64,000 nucleotides of DNA from Candidatus Poribacteria bacterium (GCA_965215265.1 OZ244048.1:64001-128000); one strand, 5' to 3'. Counted from the first letter of the stretch, positions 9,389 through 21,366 are shown. The notes: generated from the sequence alone by a model not told the origin. A program made the numbers and translations.

Positions 9389-12300
9389 ATGTCTTTCCCA
9401 AAAATGTCTGTAAACAACCCCGTGCTTGCTAACCTGTTGATGATTCTTATCATTGCTTTCGGAGTGTATGCCTGGGTAACCTTGCCACGGGAATTGACTC
9501 CGGAGATTGCGTTACAGACTGCTACTGTGACAACACTCTACCCTGGTGCCTCGCCTGAGGAGGTTGAAAAGCTTGTAACCGCGCCTATTGAAGACGTAAT
9601 AGAAGAGAATGTCAGCAAAATCAATCTCATGCTATCCACGTCGTCAGAGGGCCGTTCATTTATTTCGGTTGATTTTGAAGAAATGAGCGATCGGGATTTT
9701 GACAAGCAGCTTCAGAATCTCCGTTCTGCTGTGGAACAACTCAACGAATTGCCAGATGAGATTTTAGATGAGCCCAAAGTCCAAGAGCTTGATGTTTCGA
9801 GTGGTTTTCCAATGTTGACGGTTGTTGTCGGGGGTAGCATCGCAGAGTCGCAGATGCGGAGCATCGCAGAAAATCTCAAGGATGAGATTTTAGATATCAA
9901 AAATATCGCTGCAGTTCAACTCGCTGGGTACCGGGAGCGTGAGATTTGGATTGAAGTGGATCCGGATAAGCTCCGGGCCTATCGGTTACCTATTGCCGCT
10001 GTCAGCAATGCTTTGCGTGCGAGCAATTTGAATCTGCCAGCAGGTACGATGGAAATTGGAAACACAGAGTTTCGGGTTAGAACAATGGGCGAGTTTATAA
10101 ACCCGGATACGATTAACGAAACTATTGTGAGTGTCCAACCTACAGGTACACCTTTGCGGCTACGCGATATCGCCACCGTTTCGGACACCTACGAGGAAAT
10201 GCGAACGCTTTCACGCATCAATGGGCAGCCTTCAATCAGTTTAAGTGTTCAAAAAAAGAGTGAGGGCAATACCATCAGATTGGTTGAAAAACTGCGGGAA
10301 TTAGTTGCTAGCCGAAGAGGTGAGCTTCCACAAGGTGCTGAATTGGAAGCTGTCAACGACTATTCGGTTATCCTGAAGGAGCGTCTCGGCATTCTTCAAA
10401 CCAATGCAGGCTTTGGGTTAGTGTTAGTTGTGTTAATGCTGCTGGTTTTCATTGGCTGGAGGAACGCGCTATTTGCTGCTTTGGGCATCCCCGTGGCCTT
10501 CATGGCGACATTCTGGTTTATGTCTATGACAGATTACACGATTAGTAGTGTGTCTTTATTCGGGCTGATTTTAGTTGTTGGCATTGTGGTTGATGATGCG
10601 ATCGTTGTGATAGAAAACATCTACCGCCATATTCAGGCTGGTGAATCCCCGAAGGTGGCAGCTATTCGCGGTGCTGAGGAGGTCAGCTGGCCTGTATTAG
10701 CGGCGAGTTTAACAACCATCGGTGCGTTTGGCCCCTTGATGTTTATGTCGGGCGTTTCGGGGCAGTTCATGCGTGTTGTTCCGATCATGGCAATTCTGGT
10801 TTTGGCGGCTTCCTTATTTGAGGTTTTTGTGATTTTACCTGCCCACGTCTCAGAATGGGGAAAAGCAGAAAGTAGTGCGAAGCGAGGCAGCAAATGGTTT
10901 GCCGGTCTCCGAAGTCGCTATGTCCGCATCCTGAAAATAATACTTCGATGGCGTTACGCGTTCGTCGGGTTGGTGCTCGTTGCCGGTTCCGTTGCTTGTG
11001 TGGGTGCTTTCTTTACTCTTGACAAAGAGCTCTTCCCTGGTGAGGAGTTCCCACAATTCTATATCAAAGCCGAAATGCCCCCGGCTTATGGCATTCAAGA
11101 AACCGCGGCGGTTATCACGCAAATTGAAACCGTTACAAAAACGATTCCGGAGCATGAACGCGCCGCGATTGTAAGCAATATTGGTATTCATACGCCGACC
11201 GGAGGAGCTATTGAGGCAGTCACTTACGGTTCTAATTTCGGAGAAGTGTTAGTGGAATTGACCTCAAAGCGTGAACGGAGCCGTGGTGTGGATGAAATTA
11301 TCGCATCCCTGCGAAGCGACATTTCGAAAATTAGTGGCATTGAAAAACTCACGTTTGACAAGCTGCAAGGCGGTCCACCGCAAGGCGGCGACGTTGAAGT
11401 TAAGATTAAGGGACCACGCTTTGAACAACTCACCGAAATCTCCGGTATTCTCAAAGCAGAGTTGAATCAAATGGCCGGTGTCTACGATGTTCGCGACGAC
11501 TTCCGCGTCGGTAAATCGGAACTCCGAATTTATCTGAAGGAAGAGAAAGCCCATCAATACGGATTAAATACCCTCCAGATTGCCCAAACCGTCAGGACAG
11601 CTATTGAGGGTGCGAAAGCGACAACCTATCGCGAGGCCGATGAGGCGATTGATGTCATCGTCAAGTACCGAGAAGATGCCCTGCAAACCGTTACTGAGCT
11701 CAATAACCTTTTAATTTCAACGCCGACTGGTGCCATCGTACCGTTGAAGGATGTTGCTCGTATTGAAGAGGAAAAGGGATATAGCGATATCCGCCGCTTT
11801 GAAGGCGAACGCGCAATCACTGTTTTTGCCGCGGTTGATTCCGAAAAAAATAACCCTATCAATGTAAATGAGGCCTTAATCGGGGCTTTCGGAGATATTG
11901 AATCCTTGTATCCCGGCTATAGATTGGATTTCCGTGGGGTCTTTGACGAGATTATTGAATCCTTTTCAGAATTGTGGAAACTGTTCATCGTTGCAATTCT
12001 GATGATGTATATGGTATTAGGGGCACAATTTAAATCGTTTATTCAACCGCTTATCATTCTCTGCGCGGTTCCATTTGGCATGATAGGTGCGATGGTGGGA
12101 TTACTGCTGGGTGGTGCAACGCTCAGTATAGTTGCTATGTTCGGCATAGTTGCGTTATCCGGTATCGTTGTCAATGATTCAATTGTACTGATTGATTTTA
12201 TTAACAAGTACCGCGTGCGCGGTTACGACAAATGGCGAGCTATTCTGAAAGGTGGTTACGTCCGTTTACGTCCGATTATTTTAACGTCGATTACAACAAT

Positions 12301-12538
12301 TTTTGGGTTAATTCCGATGGCACTCGGATTAGGGGGAAAATCACCCATCTGGATGCCGATGGCGAATACGATTATATTCGGGCTTTCGGTTGCGACGTTG
12401 ATGACACTGTTTGTCATGCCTGCATTGTATGCGATTACCGTTGACCTGCGTGGCATTTTCATTAAACATGAAGAACGCGTCGCTGCACCTGTTGAGCGTG
12501 AGCAACCCGTGGGTGAGGCGGTTCTTGCCGGCGATTAG
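9389..12538 (+). CDS. RND efflux transporter permease, AcrB/AcrD/AcrF family
   Basis: 1049 aa; YPGASPEEVE, GIVVDDAIVVIENI, GIVVNDSIVLIDF, RLRPIILTSITT. Confidence 0.95.
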   Translation: MSFPKMSVNNPVLANLLMILIIAFGVYAWVTLPRELTPEIALQTATVTTLYPGASPEEVEKLVTAPIEDVIEENVSKINLMLSTSSEGRSFISVDFEEMSDRDFDKQLQNLRSAVEQLNELPDEILDEPKVQELDVSSGFPMLTVVVGGSIAESQMRSIAENLKDEILDIKNIAAVQLAGYREREIWIEVDPDKLRAYRLPIAAVSNALRASNLNLPAGTMEIGNTEFRVRTMGEFINPDTINETIVSVQPTGTPLRLRDIATVSDTYEEMRTLSRINGQPSISLSVQKKSEGNTIRLVEKLRELVASRRGELPQGAELEAVNDYSVILKERLGILQTNAGFGLVLVVLMLLVFIGWRNALFAALGIPVAFMATFWFMSMTDYTISSVSLFGLILVVGIVVDDAIVVIENIYRHIQAGESPKVAAIRGAEEVSWPVLAASLTTIGAFGPLMFMSGVSGQFMRVVPIMAILVLAASLFEVFVILPAHVSEWGKAESSAKRGSKWFAGLRSRYVRILKIILRWRYAFVGLVLVAGSVACVGAFFTLDKELFPGEEFPQFYIKAEMPPAYGIQETAAVITQIETVTKTIPEHERAAIVSNIGIHTPTGGAIEAVTYGSNFGEVLVELTSKRERSRGVDEIIASLRSDISKISGIEKLTFDKLQGGPPQGGDVEVKIKGPRFEQLTEISGILKAELNQMAGVYDVRDDFRVGKSELRIYLKEEKAHQYGLNTLQIAQTVRTAIEGAKATTYREADEAIDVIVKYREDALQTVTELNNLLISTPTGAIVPLKDVARIEEEKGYSDIRRFEGERAITVFAAVDSEKNNPINVNEALIGAFGDIESLYPGYRLDFRGVFDEIIESFSELWKLFIVAILMMYMVLGAQFKSFIQPLIILCAVPFGMIGAMVGLLLGGATLSIVAMFGIVALSGIVVNDSIVLIDFINKYRVRGYDKWRAILKGGYVRLRPIILTSITTIFGLIPMALGLGGKSPIWMPMANTIIFGLSVATLMTLFVMPALYAITVDLRGIFIKHEERVAAPVEREQPVGEAVLAGD

Positions 12539-12831
12539 GCGTTCTGTTTGATGCGTCTAAAACGATATTCATGAATAATGAACCTGCCCTTCTAGCTCTG
12601 CAAGTAGTATGAAATGCCCGAGGATGGCATTCGGTAAATCAAGGTGAATACGTCTATCTGAAGTGGGATTTTTCAGGATAAGAGGGGTGAGGAGCCAACT
12701 TCCTCGCTCTGGTAGCAGAGTAAAGTTGAATAACTCGCCTAATCCCTCTTATCCAAATCGATGGCGGATGCACGGCTAGGATGCAACGGTGGGAGAACGC
12801 CATCCGTTACCCTGCGGCAGGTAGCCCTAAA

Positions 12832-14868
<2,037 letters not shown>

Positions 14869-14877
14869 TCAACTTTC

Positions 14878-14963
14878 CTCAGGGTTTCCTACGCTGGCAT
14901 TACCCAGATCAGGTTCAAAGGGTGTATTCTCAGCTCTAGAATTGTTCCAAGAGCACCCCTGAT
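14878..14963 (-). promoter_or_regulatory. TPP riboswitch
   Basis: Minus strand AGGGGTGC...GCTGAGAATACACCCTTTGAACCTGATCTGGGTAATGCCAGCGTAGGAA, upstream of thiC. Confidence 0.95.
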
Positions 14964-15140
14964 GTTGCATAAATAATATTACCACAGTTTGAAAAAGAAA
15001 GTCAAGGCCTTTTTTCAGCCCATCGAGAAAGGCTTGCAAATGCTATCACCATGTAGTATGATAAAATCATTTAGTCATCCGATGATTTTGCCGGATCGCT
15101 CAGTCTAAATTGGTGTCTTTTCAAATGGAGGAGGAACTAC

Positions 15141-16106
15141 ATGATGAAAATTGGATTTATCGGTGTTGGTGGTATTGCTGGCAATTATCGCCGAAGTCTG
15201 AAAAAACTTCAGCATCCCATAGCGGCAGTCTGTGATATAAACGTGGAACGTGCAGCGGCTGTCGCTGTAGAAGAAAATGCAACCGCATACACCGACCACG
15301 GTGAAATGCTACGTAAAGAGGGTCCGGATGTGGTTTTTACCTGCATCCCCCCCGGGGCCCACACGACGCAAGTTGCGGATGCGGCGGCATCAGGCATAGC
15401 ACTTTTTGTCGCCAAACCGGTAGCGCAGGATTTAGAAACTGCTCAACGCGCCCGTGATGCCATTAACTCCGCTGGTGTTATCAATCAGGTCGGTTATATG
15501 GCGCGTTATAGTGACATCACTGAGAAAGCAAAAGAGTTGATAGGAGATAAGAAACTCGCCATGGGGTTCGGACGGTTTCTAGCCCGGATGGGGAGCAACC
15601 ACCCGTGGTGGGGAAGGTACTCGGTCTCGTGCGGACAGATGGTAGAGCAGTCTACCCATGTTTTTGATTTGCTGCGCTACTTCCTTGGCGATATTGTCAG
15701 TGTTCACGCGTACGGTATTAAGGGCGTTTCCGAGGGCATCGCCGATTTTGAGGAGTGCACGGTGTGTAATCTGCAGTTCGAGAGCGGTGCGGTAGGCAAC
15801 ATCACCAGCACTTGTGTTGCCAGGGCCCACGAAAACTTCGCAACCGAATTGGTAGGCGACAATCTCTATCTTAAACTCATGCACGACTTGCAATTGCGTG
15901 GACAGGTTAGTGATGGAACCGTTGACTATACCGGTGCTGAGGCCGGGTACTACCGACAAGTTGAGCAGTTCATTAATGCAGTTGATGAGAATGAGCAGGG
16001 ATTAGTCCGCTCTTCTTATGCTGATGCTGTAGAGACGTTGGCTGTCACACTTGCGGCGAACAGGTCGCTTGAGACGGGCCAGGTTGAACAAATTGCGGTT
16101 TTTTGA
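15141..16106 (+). CDS. Gfo/Idh/MocA family oxidoreductase
   Basis: KIGFIGVGGIA, LFVAKPVA, QVGYMARY, EQSTHVFDL. Confidence 0.9.
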   Translation: MMKIGFIGVGGIAGNYRRSLKKLQHPIAAVCDINVERAAAVAVEENATAYTDHGEMLRKEGPDVVFTCIPPGAHTTQVADAAASGIALFVAKPVAQDLETAQRARDAINSAGVINQVGYMARYSDITEKAKELIGDKKLAMGFGRFLARMGSNHPWWGRYSVSCGQMVEQSTHVFDLLRYFLGDIVSVHAYGIKGVSEGIADFEECTVCNLQFESGAVGNITSTCVARAHENFATELVGDNLYLKLMHDLQLRGQVSDGTVDYTGAEAGYYRQVEQFINAVDENEQGLVRSSYADAVETLAVTLAANRSLETGQVEQIAVF

Positions 16107-16229
16107 GAAAAAAAGCTAAACTTTTCCCAGCCACTTGTATATATATATAATAGAGAGATGGAAACCATGTGACGAAAGACAGGCAGGTTTGGAAAAACAA
16201 GCACTTTTTGAGAAAAAAAGCTAAACTTT
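16100..16229 (+). repeat. 25-bp direct repeat TTTTTGAGAAAAAAAGCTAAACTTT (16100-16124 and 16205-16229)
   Basis: Exact copies seen directly. Confidence 0.85.
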
Positions 16230-16549
16230 GTGGTTCGAAAAAGTGAGGTTGAGTCCTTCCTTGAACACCTGCCCCGGCGGCTGCCCCGGCTCACCGAGAC
16301 AGAAAACATTGACTTCAATTATCATCGTGCCTTAACGCTTCAGCGAGCCATTGAAAAAGTACAAGGATAGTCTGAAAACTCTTATTCTGACCTGATTTGA
16401 TAAAACTTAGGGAAATCCTTAACTGTTTATCACTAGTTCACCCGCGGCAGTTAGCAAATGCCGTAGAGGCGCATAACCATAACTCTCTGTCTCATATCCT
16501 TTGATGGTATCCTCTTTCTTCACCTTGCTATATTCCGCATATTTTTAAT

Positions 16550-16578
16550 TTGACAAACACTTCTTCTTGAGGTATACT
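16550..16578 (+). promoter_or_regulatory. Sigma70-type promoter for the LRR gene
   Basis: TTGACA-N17-TATACT. Confidence 0.6.
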
Positions 16579-16840
16579 TAAAATTAACCTTTTGCGAAGA
16601 GAGCAAAAGTGTTCTTTAAAAGTGAAAGAATGAGTTGACGTGCCCGTTGAGAGTTTGTGAATGCACTTCATTTTTTGGAAAGTGCCTCACAAACACGATT
16701 TCCTTTTCTTGAGCACCTGTGTGCACGTCTGACGAATTGGCAAAAACGGTTGAAAACGTAGTCTGTTCGGAAACGTAGTCCGAACTATAAAGTCAAGTTT
16801 ATTCCCGAACGGGATAAAGAATAACAAGGAGTTAGATAAG

Positions 16841-18545
16841 ATGAAAAGAAGAATGCACCCCCCCCCTATGTATGTTAAGTGTTTTGGTTTGCGTGTTGAG
16901 TGTCGGATTTATCTCCTCGGTAATTTCGACATCTGCTCACGCTCAAAATAACGCAGCTATATTACAGAACGTTATACTGAATAATCCCTCGCATACTGGT
17001 ACATCTATGTATGCTACGTTTCGCAAAGCAGCCGAAGATGCAGGTTGGGCTGATTTTAGAGGACGAACGGGCTGGGGTTCACAGGATTTAGCAAGAGCTG
17101 GGAACCATCTAGTGACTGAGGGTCTCGTGGATGCGGAGACAGGTTATTCTACTGATAAGGCTCATGCGAGTCCTATAACGGCTGGCTTCTATAACGCCGG
17201 TGATACGATTCAAATTCAGCTCGTTTTCGATGTTGACGTGTTTGTCAATAAGGATCTTCGTCTCCAATTGCGCTTCGATGGTGCAAGTAGATGGGCCTCT
17301 CTTGACTTGGATTCCCTCACAGGGATAGCAGCTGGCACTTTCAGCGATTCCCATTATACAGCGCAACCTAATAATACGTATTACCAGACCACCAGTGGTG
17401 GTGATAAAACCTTAACCTTTGAGTATGAGGTCAGTTCAGCTGATAACGATAACGCTTTCAGTGGGATAGCTACTGCTATTGATAGGCGGGGTTTCTTTGC
17501 TATAGCCGAGGAAGACCTAACGCAGGGCGCAGGATGGTCGAGACAAGCAGGGCCGAATCAGATAAAATCAGAGCAGGAGGCTGCTATTGTTTCTGTCGCC
17601 CTGCTTAACGATAATCCTGTTCCATGGAACGCCAATAGGTGGAAAGATCATCCGACCACTCCATTCTGGAGTACGGAAGCCAGATACCTAGAAAATATTT
17701 ATCAAGTGTATGCTCTCGGTTATTCAGACGGGGCAAATACCTATTCACACGGGGTAGATACCTTCCGTGCAAGGACGTTCGTGTACAAATTTCCGTCGAC
17801 TGAAACCATTGAAACAGGTGACTTTGAGATAGAGATCAAGTTTTCTAATTGGGGAACTGGTTCCGGAGGGACAGATACCATTGCGGAAACCACGAGAGAC
17901 GATAGCTTCACAGCAGAAGATTTCGTGTTTACGGATTCTGAAGGTATGGAACTCAACGGTTGGACCGTTTCCGAGCCGATGTTTCATGCCCTCGATACGT
18001 TAGACCGAGGTGATCTGCCAGGTGCTTCCATCGCTGATAGGGTGAGAGACGCTGCAGGCTTCAAAGTCTACAGAGCGACTATCACGCCGCCGTTGAATTT
18101 TGACGGAGATGTGAAAATAACGGTGCCTGAGTATGCCACAATGGACATAGCGTTCAACCTGAGCCAGGCCTCGAATGTCCTGACGGTGTCTGTAAATACG
18201 GTTCGGGATGCGGCGCTCCTTGCGGGAATCAGGGAGGAACTCAACATCCCCGCGGGGACGGATGTCACCACGGCAGATCTGCTCCGCTTGACAAGCCTCG
18301 ATCTAAGTGGCTCAGACGTTAGCGATCTGACTTTCCTTCAATCCGCAACCAACTTGGAAGAGTTGGATCTCAGTGATACAGAAGTGTCGGAGATCTCAGC
18401 GCTGTCAACCCTCACCAGCTTGGTAGAGCTGTCTCTCTCGGGTACGCCAGTGTCGGATATCTCGCCGCTGTCAAACCTCACCAACTTGAAAAAGCTGGAT
18501 CTCAGTGATACGCCAGTGTCGAATATCTTGCCTCTGTCACAATAA
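16841..18545 (+). CDS. Secreted Ig-like plus internalin-type LRR protein; probable true start 16841 is out of frame because of a C9 tract (in-frame ORF from 16872)
   Basis: AAGGAG RBS before ATG 16841 (MKRRMH..); hydrophobic signal ending AHA-Q; Ig-like 'YRATITPP..DGDVKITVP....D.A.N'; ~4 LRRs (LEELDLSDTEVSEISALSTLTSL). Confidence 0.75.
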
Positions 18546-18550
18546 TTAAC

Positions 18551-18675
18551 AACGGTGGGCGACGCTTAAGGCACAAGAGTCACCTCAGTGAGATGTAAAC
18601 TAACCTAACCTAACCTAACCAGGGGCAGCCACCCTCACAAGTGGTTGCCCCTATTTTTTTTGCTTTGGATAGATG
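18551..18675 (+). repeat. Direct repeat copy 1, with (TAACC)4 and an intrinsic terminator
   Basis: Near-identical to 19865-19979; hairpin AGGGGCAGCCAC..GTGGTTGCCCCT followed by a T tract. Confidence 0.9.
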
Positions 18676-18759
18676 GCTCTGCTTTTGTGCCGGAAAATCC
18701 GATGCCCTAGTACGAGTCAAAACAGGCTCGATTTTCGCACCGGGGCTCCAAAAAAAGGG

Positions 18760-18789
18760 TTGACAACATAAAAGCGAGGCTGCTATACT
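18760..18789 (+). promoter_or_regulatory. Sigma70-type promoter of the Rpn-like gene
   Basis: TTGACA-N18-TATACT with extended TG. Confidence 0.6.
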
Positions 18790-18822
18790 TTATTATGAGA
18801 AGTGGAGCGTCTAAGCAGATAG

Positions 18823-19815
18823 ATGAGGCAAACTACCGCACCAGAGACATCCAAAGAAACACAAAGCAAACGCAAACTCTGGGACCCTTTCTTCAAAGAG
18901 TTCCTCGCGCTGCTATTCTCTGGGCTGGGTGCCTCTATAGAGACAGAGATAGAAGTCAACCGGTTGCCGCAGCGTATAGATGCACTCGCTCTCCTCGAAA
19001 GTGCCGCAGCCCGCGCGAGAGTGCATGCGAATCCGCTGCTCTCTTACTTACGCACGTATAATCTGTTCGAGTTCAAAGGGCAAAACGACCCGTTGAATGA
19101 ATCGGCGTATTACCGGATTTTTATGCGTGCGTGCGGCTATCTCGCAGCGCATAAGGTTCCAGACACGGAAGTTACTTTGACGATAGTGTCGTCTCGGAAG
19201 CCGCGGGCGCTGCTGACACATCCGCCTTTCGGGTTGCCGTGGGAGCCGCTAGCCCGGGGACATTATAGCCAGGCAGGTCTACCGGTGCATCTATTGGTTT
19301 GTAATGAAGTGGAATTGGTTGAGCCGAATTATTGGTTGCTGCTGTTTGCGTCGTCGCAGAAACAGTTTCGTGCGTTCCTGCGGCGGGTGATAACGGAAGA
19401 GAATACGTTATATTTTGACTCCGCGTTGTATTTGCAGCCGGAAGTCACGGAGGAGGTTTGTGAAATGGAAGGACATCAAGATTTCTTTCAGAGTCGTCTT
19501 CGCGAAGTTGCGACGACTTTGGGTCCGAAGCTGCTGTCGGCGCTGACTACGTCGGATAGATTGGCTCTGTTGAATGCGATGCCCGCGGCAGAACGTGCGG
19601 ATATGTTGGCGAGTCTACCCGCGGCAGAACGTGCGGATATGTTGGCGAGTCTACCCGCGGCAGAACGGGCGGATATGTTGGCACGCCTGAGTCCCGATGA
19701 GCGCGTCAAAGGACTCACTCCCGATGAGCGGTTAGCCGGACTTCATTTATCTCCGGCGGTGCGTGCAGAACTCGTGCGGCAGCTGGAGACAGCTGACAAT
19801 GACACCGACATGTAG
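18823..19815 (+). CDS. Rpn-like PD-(D/E)XK nuclease-family protein with C-terminal 'PxER' repeats
   Basis: WDPFFKE, ETEIEV..LPQRIDAL, NLFEFKG; C-terminal PAAERADMLASL x3 and LSPDERVKGLTPDERLAGL. Confidence 0.7.
   Translation: MRQTTAPETSKETQSKRKLWDPFFKEFLALLFSGLGASIETEIEVNRLPQRIDALALLESAAARARVHANPLLSYLRTYNLFEFKGQNDPLNESAYYRIFMRACGYLAAHKVPDTEVTLTIVSSRKPRALLTHPPFGLPWEPLARGHYSQAGLPVHLLVCNEVELVEPNYWLLLFASSQKQFRAFLRRVITEENTLYFDSALYLQPEVTEEVCEMEGHQDFFQSRLREVATTLGPKLLSALTTSDRLALLNAMPAAERADMLASLPAAERADMLASLPAAERADMLARLSPDERVKGLTPDERLAGLHLSPAVRAELVRQLETADNDTDM
19465..19815 (+). CDS. Putative internal in-frame small protein (116 aa)
   Basis: GGAGGAGGT at 19449-19457, 7 nt before an in-frame ATG at 19465. 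Confidence 0.55.
   Translation: MEGHQDFFQSRLREVATTLGPKLLSALTTSDRLALLNAMPAAERADMLASLPAAERADMLASLPAAERADMLARLSPDERVKGLTPDERLAGLHLSPAVRAELVRQLETADNDTDM
19582..19682 (+). repeat. 36-bp tandem repeat, ~2.8 copies (PAAERADMLASL)
   Basis: Seen directly. Confidence 0.9.
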
Positions 19816-19864
19816 CAGACAACCCGCTTGAAAGGGCATCTGAGTGCAGACGGAAAACTTACCG

Positions 19865-19979
19865 AACGGTGGGCGACGCTTAAGGCACAAGAGTCACCTC
19901 AGTGAGATGTAAACTAACCTAACCAGGGGCAGCCACCCTCACAAGTGGTTGCCCCTGGTTTTTTTGTTTTGGATAGATG
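19865..19979 (+). repeat. Direct repeat copy 2, with (TAACC)2 and an intrinsic terminator
   Basis: Near-identical to 18551-18675. Confidence 0.9.
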
Positions 19980-19995
19980 AAAAAATTGCTCTGAC

Positions 19996-21366
19996 TTAGA
20001 AAAACGTCAGGTACGGCTTATCCATTATCTCTCGCCAGAGTAGAACTGCCAGTTCCCGTGCGTGATAATCGCCCCACATTGATGCTTCGCCACACGGAAT
20101 TTTCCGATTTTCAGGCACATAATCCCATCCATTGGGGCGATGATACACCGAGTGCAGCAGTAAGCCTTGGTGTGCATCTGATTGAGAGAGGTACGGTTCA
20201 GAGAACAACGTTTTGGCTACTGTCAGCCCGGCCTGATAGTAGGTGCACCCGGCTTCAGATTCTCTATGCTTTTTGAGATAGTTGCCGAGACGGATTAATC
20301 CTTGTGCGGCGATCGCCGCGGCAGAACTGTCCACTGGTTCAAAGTCGTTAAATGGGTCTGCGGGTGCCGCTAAATAATCTCCTAGTTTGGATAAGCGAGG
20401 TGCCCCGGTATCCCAGTACGGAATTCCATTTTGTGCTGTGTTCTGTATATAAAAATTGGCTGTGGCTTCTGCTGCTTTACGCATATGTGCTGTTGCTTGG
20501 GGATATTCGCCGTAAGGTTGGAGTACCTTTTCTGACAAGGTATCAAAAAATTCAAGCTGCTCTGCGTAGCCGGTGATAATCCAGGCCAATCCACGCGTCC
20601 ACGTGGTAAACGGTGAATAGCCTTGTTGTGTGCTGGGGCATCGGTAGTTTCCATCGTTAGTGTTGAAGATAGATTCGTGTGCAACACGGCCGGGTAAGTC
20701 AAACGCATCGCGTCCGTCGCCGTAGTAGACATTATAGGCTGCTGTGGTTTCGGAATGGTGAAGGAGCCTGGTTAAGAGTGAAATAGGGGTGTCGCCTTCA
20801 CCCATCAGTACTGCCCCCAGCGTATGCCCTACTGCCAAGACACGCAGTGAGCGTATAGTATCTGAAAAGAGCGAATGCGGTCCGTTGAAGGAGTAGATAT
20901 ATCCCTTTCCATCTTTAATTGCTGTCCAGCGGTTTGCTTGGACGGCGGCAGAGGCTTTCAAGGCGAGTTGATAAAAATGCATCTCCGCCTCGTTCCACGG
21001 AATGAGTTTTTCTTGCATCAAGCGGCGGAGATTACCGTACGTGGAGACGTTGTTAAAACCGTGGTCATGTACTCCCACATGTGTGACATGCGGTGCCATC
21101 TTTTGAATTGTATTCTGCCTTCCAATCTCGAGAAACTGTTCGTCACCGGTCGCGTCAAATTGGAGGATGGCAGAGCCGAATTGAAACCCTTGCGTCCATT
21201 CAGTCCAGCCGCGTGTTGTATAGGTTCCTGCAACTGTAAAGACGGGTGTACCTTTGTCAGCGGGCCACGTTTCCTCAATCGCTAAAATCTTTTGACCCGA
21301 AAGTTCGAATAGCCGCTCGATATGAGGCTTGAGTTCATTCACAGTCAATGAATTATTTATTTGCAT
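19996..21366 (-). CDS. Glycoside hydrolase family 88 (unsaturated glucuronyl hydrolase-like)
   Basis: WTEWTQGF..G, HDHGF, QQGYS...TWTRGLAW, IPYWD, DSSAAAIAA, WGDY; likely start ATG 21366. Confidence 0.85.
   Translation of the reverse strand: MQINNSLTVNELKPHIERLFELSGQKILAIEETWPADKGTPVFTVAGTYTTRGWTEWTQGFQFGSAILQFDATGDEQFLEIGRQNTIQKMAPHVTHVGVHDHGFNNVSTYGNLRRLMQEKLIPWNEAEMHFYQLALKASAAVQANRWTAIKDGKGYIYSFNGPHSLFSDTIRSLRVLAVGHTLGAVLMGEGDTPISLLTRLLHHSETTAAYNVYYGDGRDAFDLPGRVAHESIFNTNDGNYRCPSTQQGYSPFTTWTRGLAWIITGYAEQLEFFDTLSEKVLQPYGEYPQATAHMRKAAEATANFYIQNTAQNGIPYWDTGAPRLSKLGDYLAAPADPFNDFEPVDSSAAAIAAQGLIRLGNYLKKHRESEAGCTYYQAGLTVAKTLFSEPYLSQSDAHQGLLLHSVYHRPNGWDYVPENRKIPCGEASMWGDYHARELAVLLWREIMDKPYLTFF

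Noticed and set aside
18601-18620. (TAACC)4 resembling a TTAGG telomeric repeat or eukaryotic contamination
   Set aside because: Only 4 units, embedded in a bacterial terminator repeat; a simple slippage microsatellite
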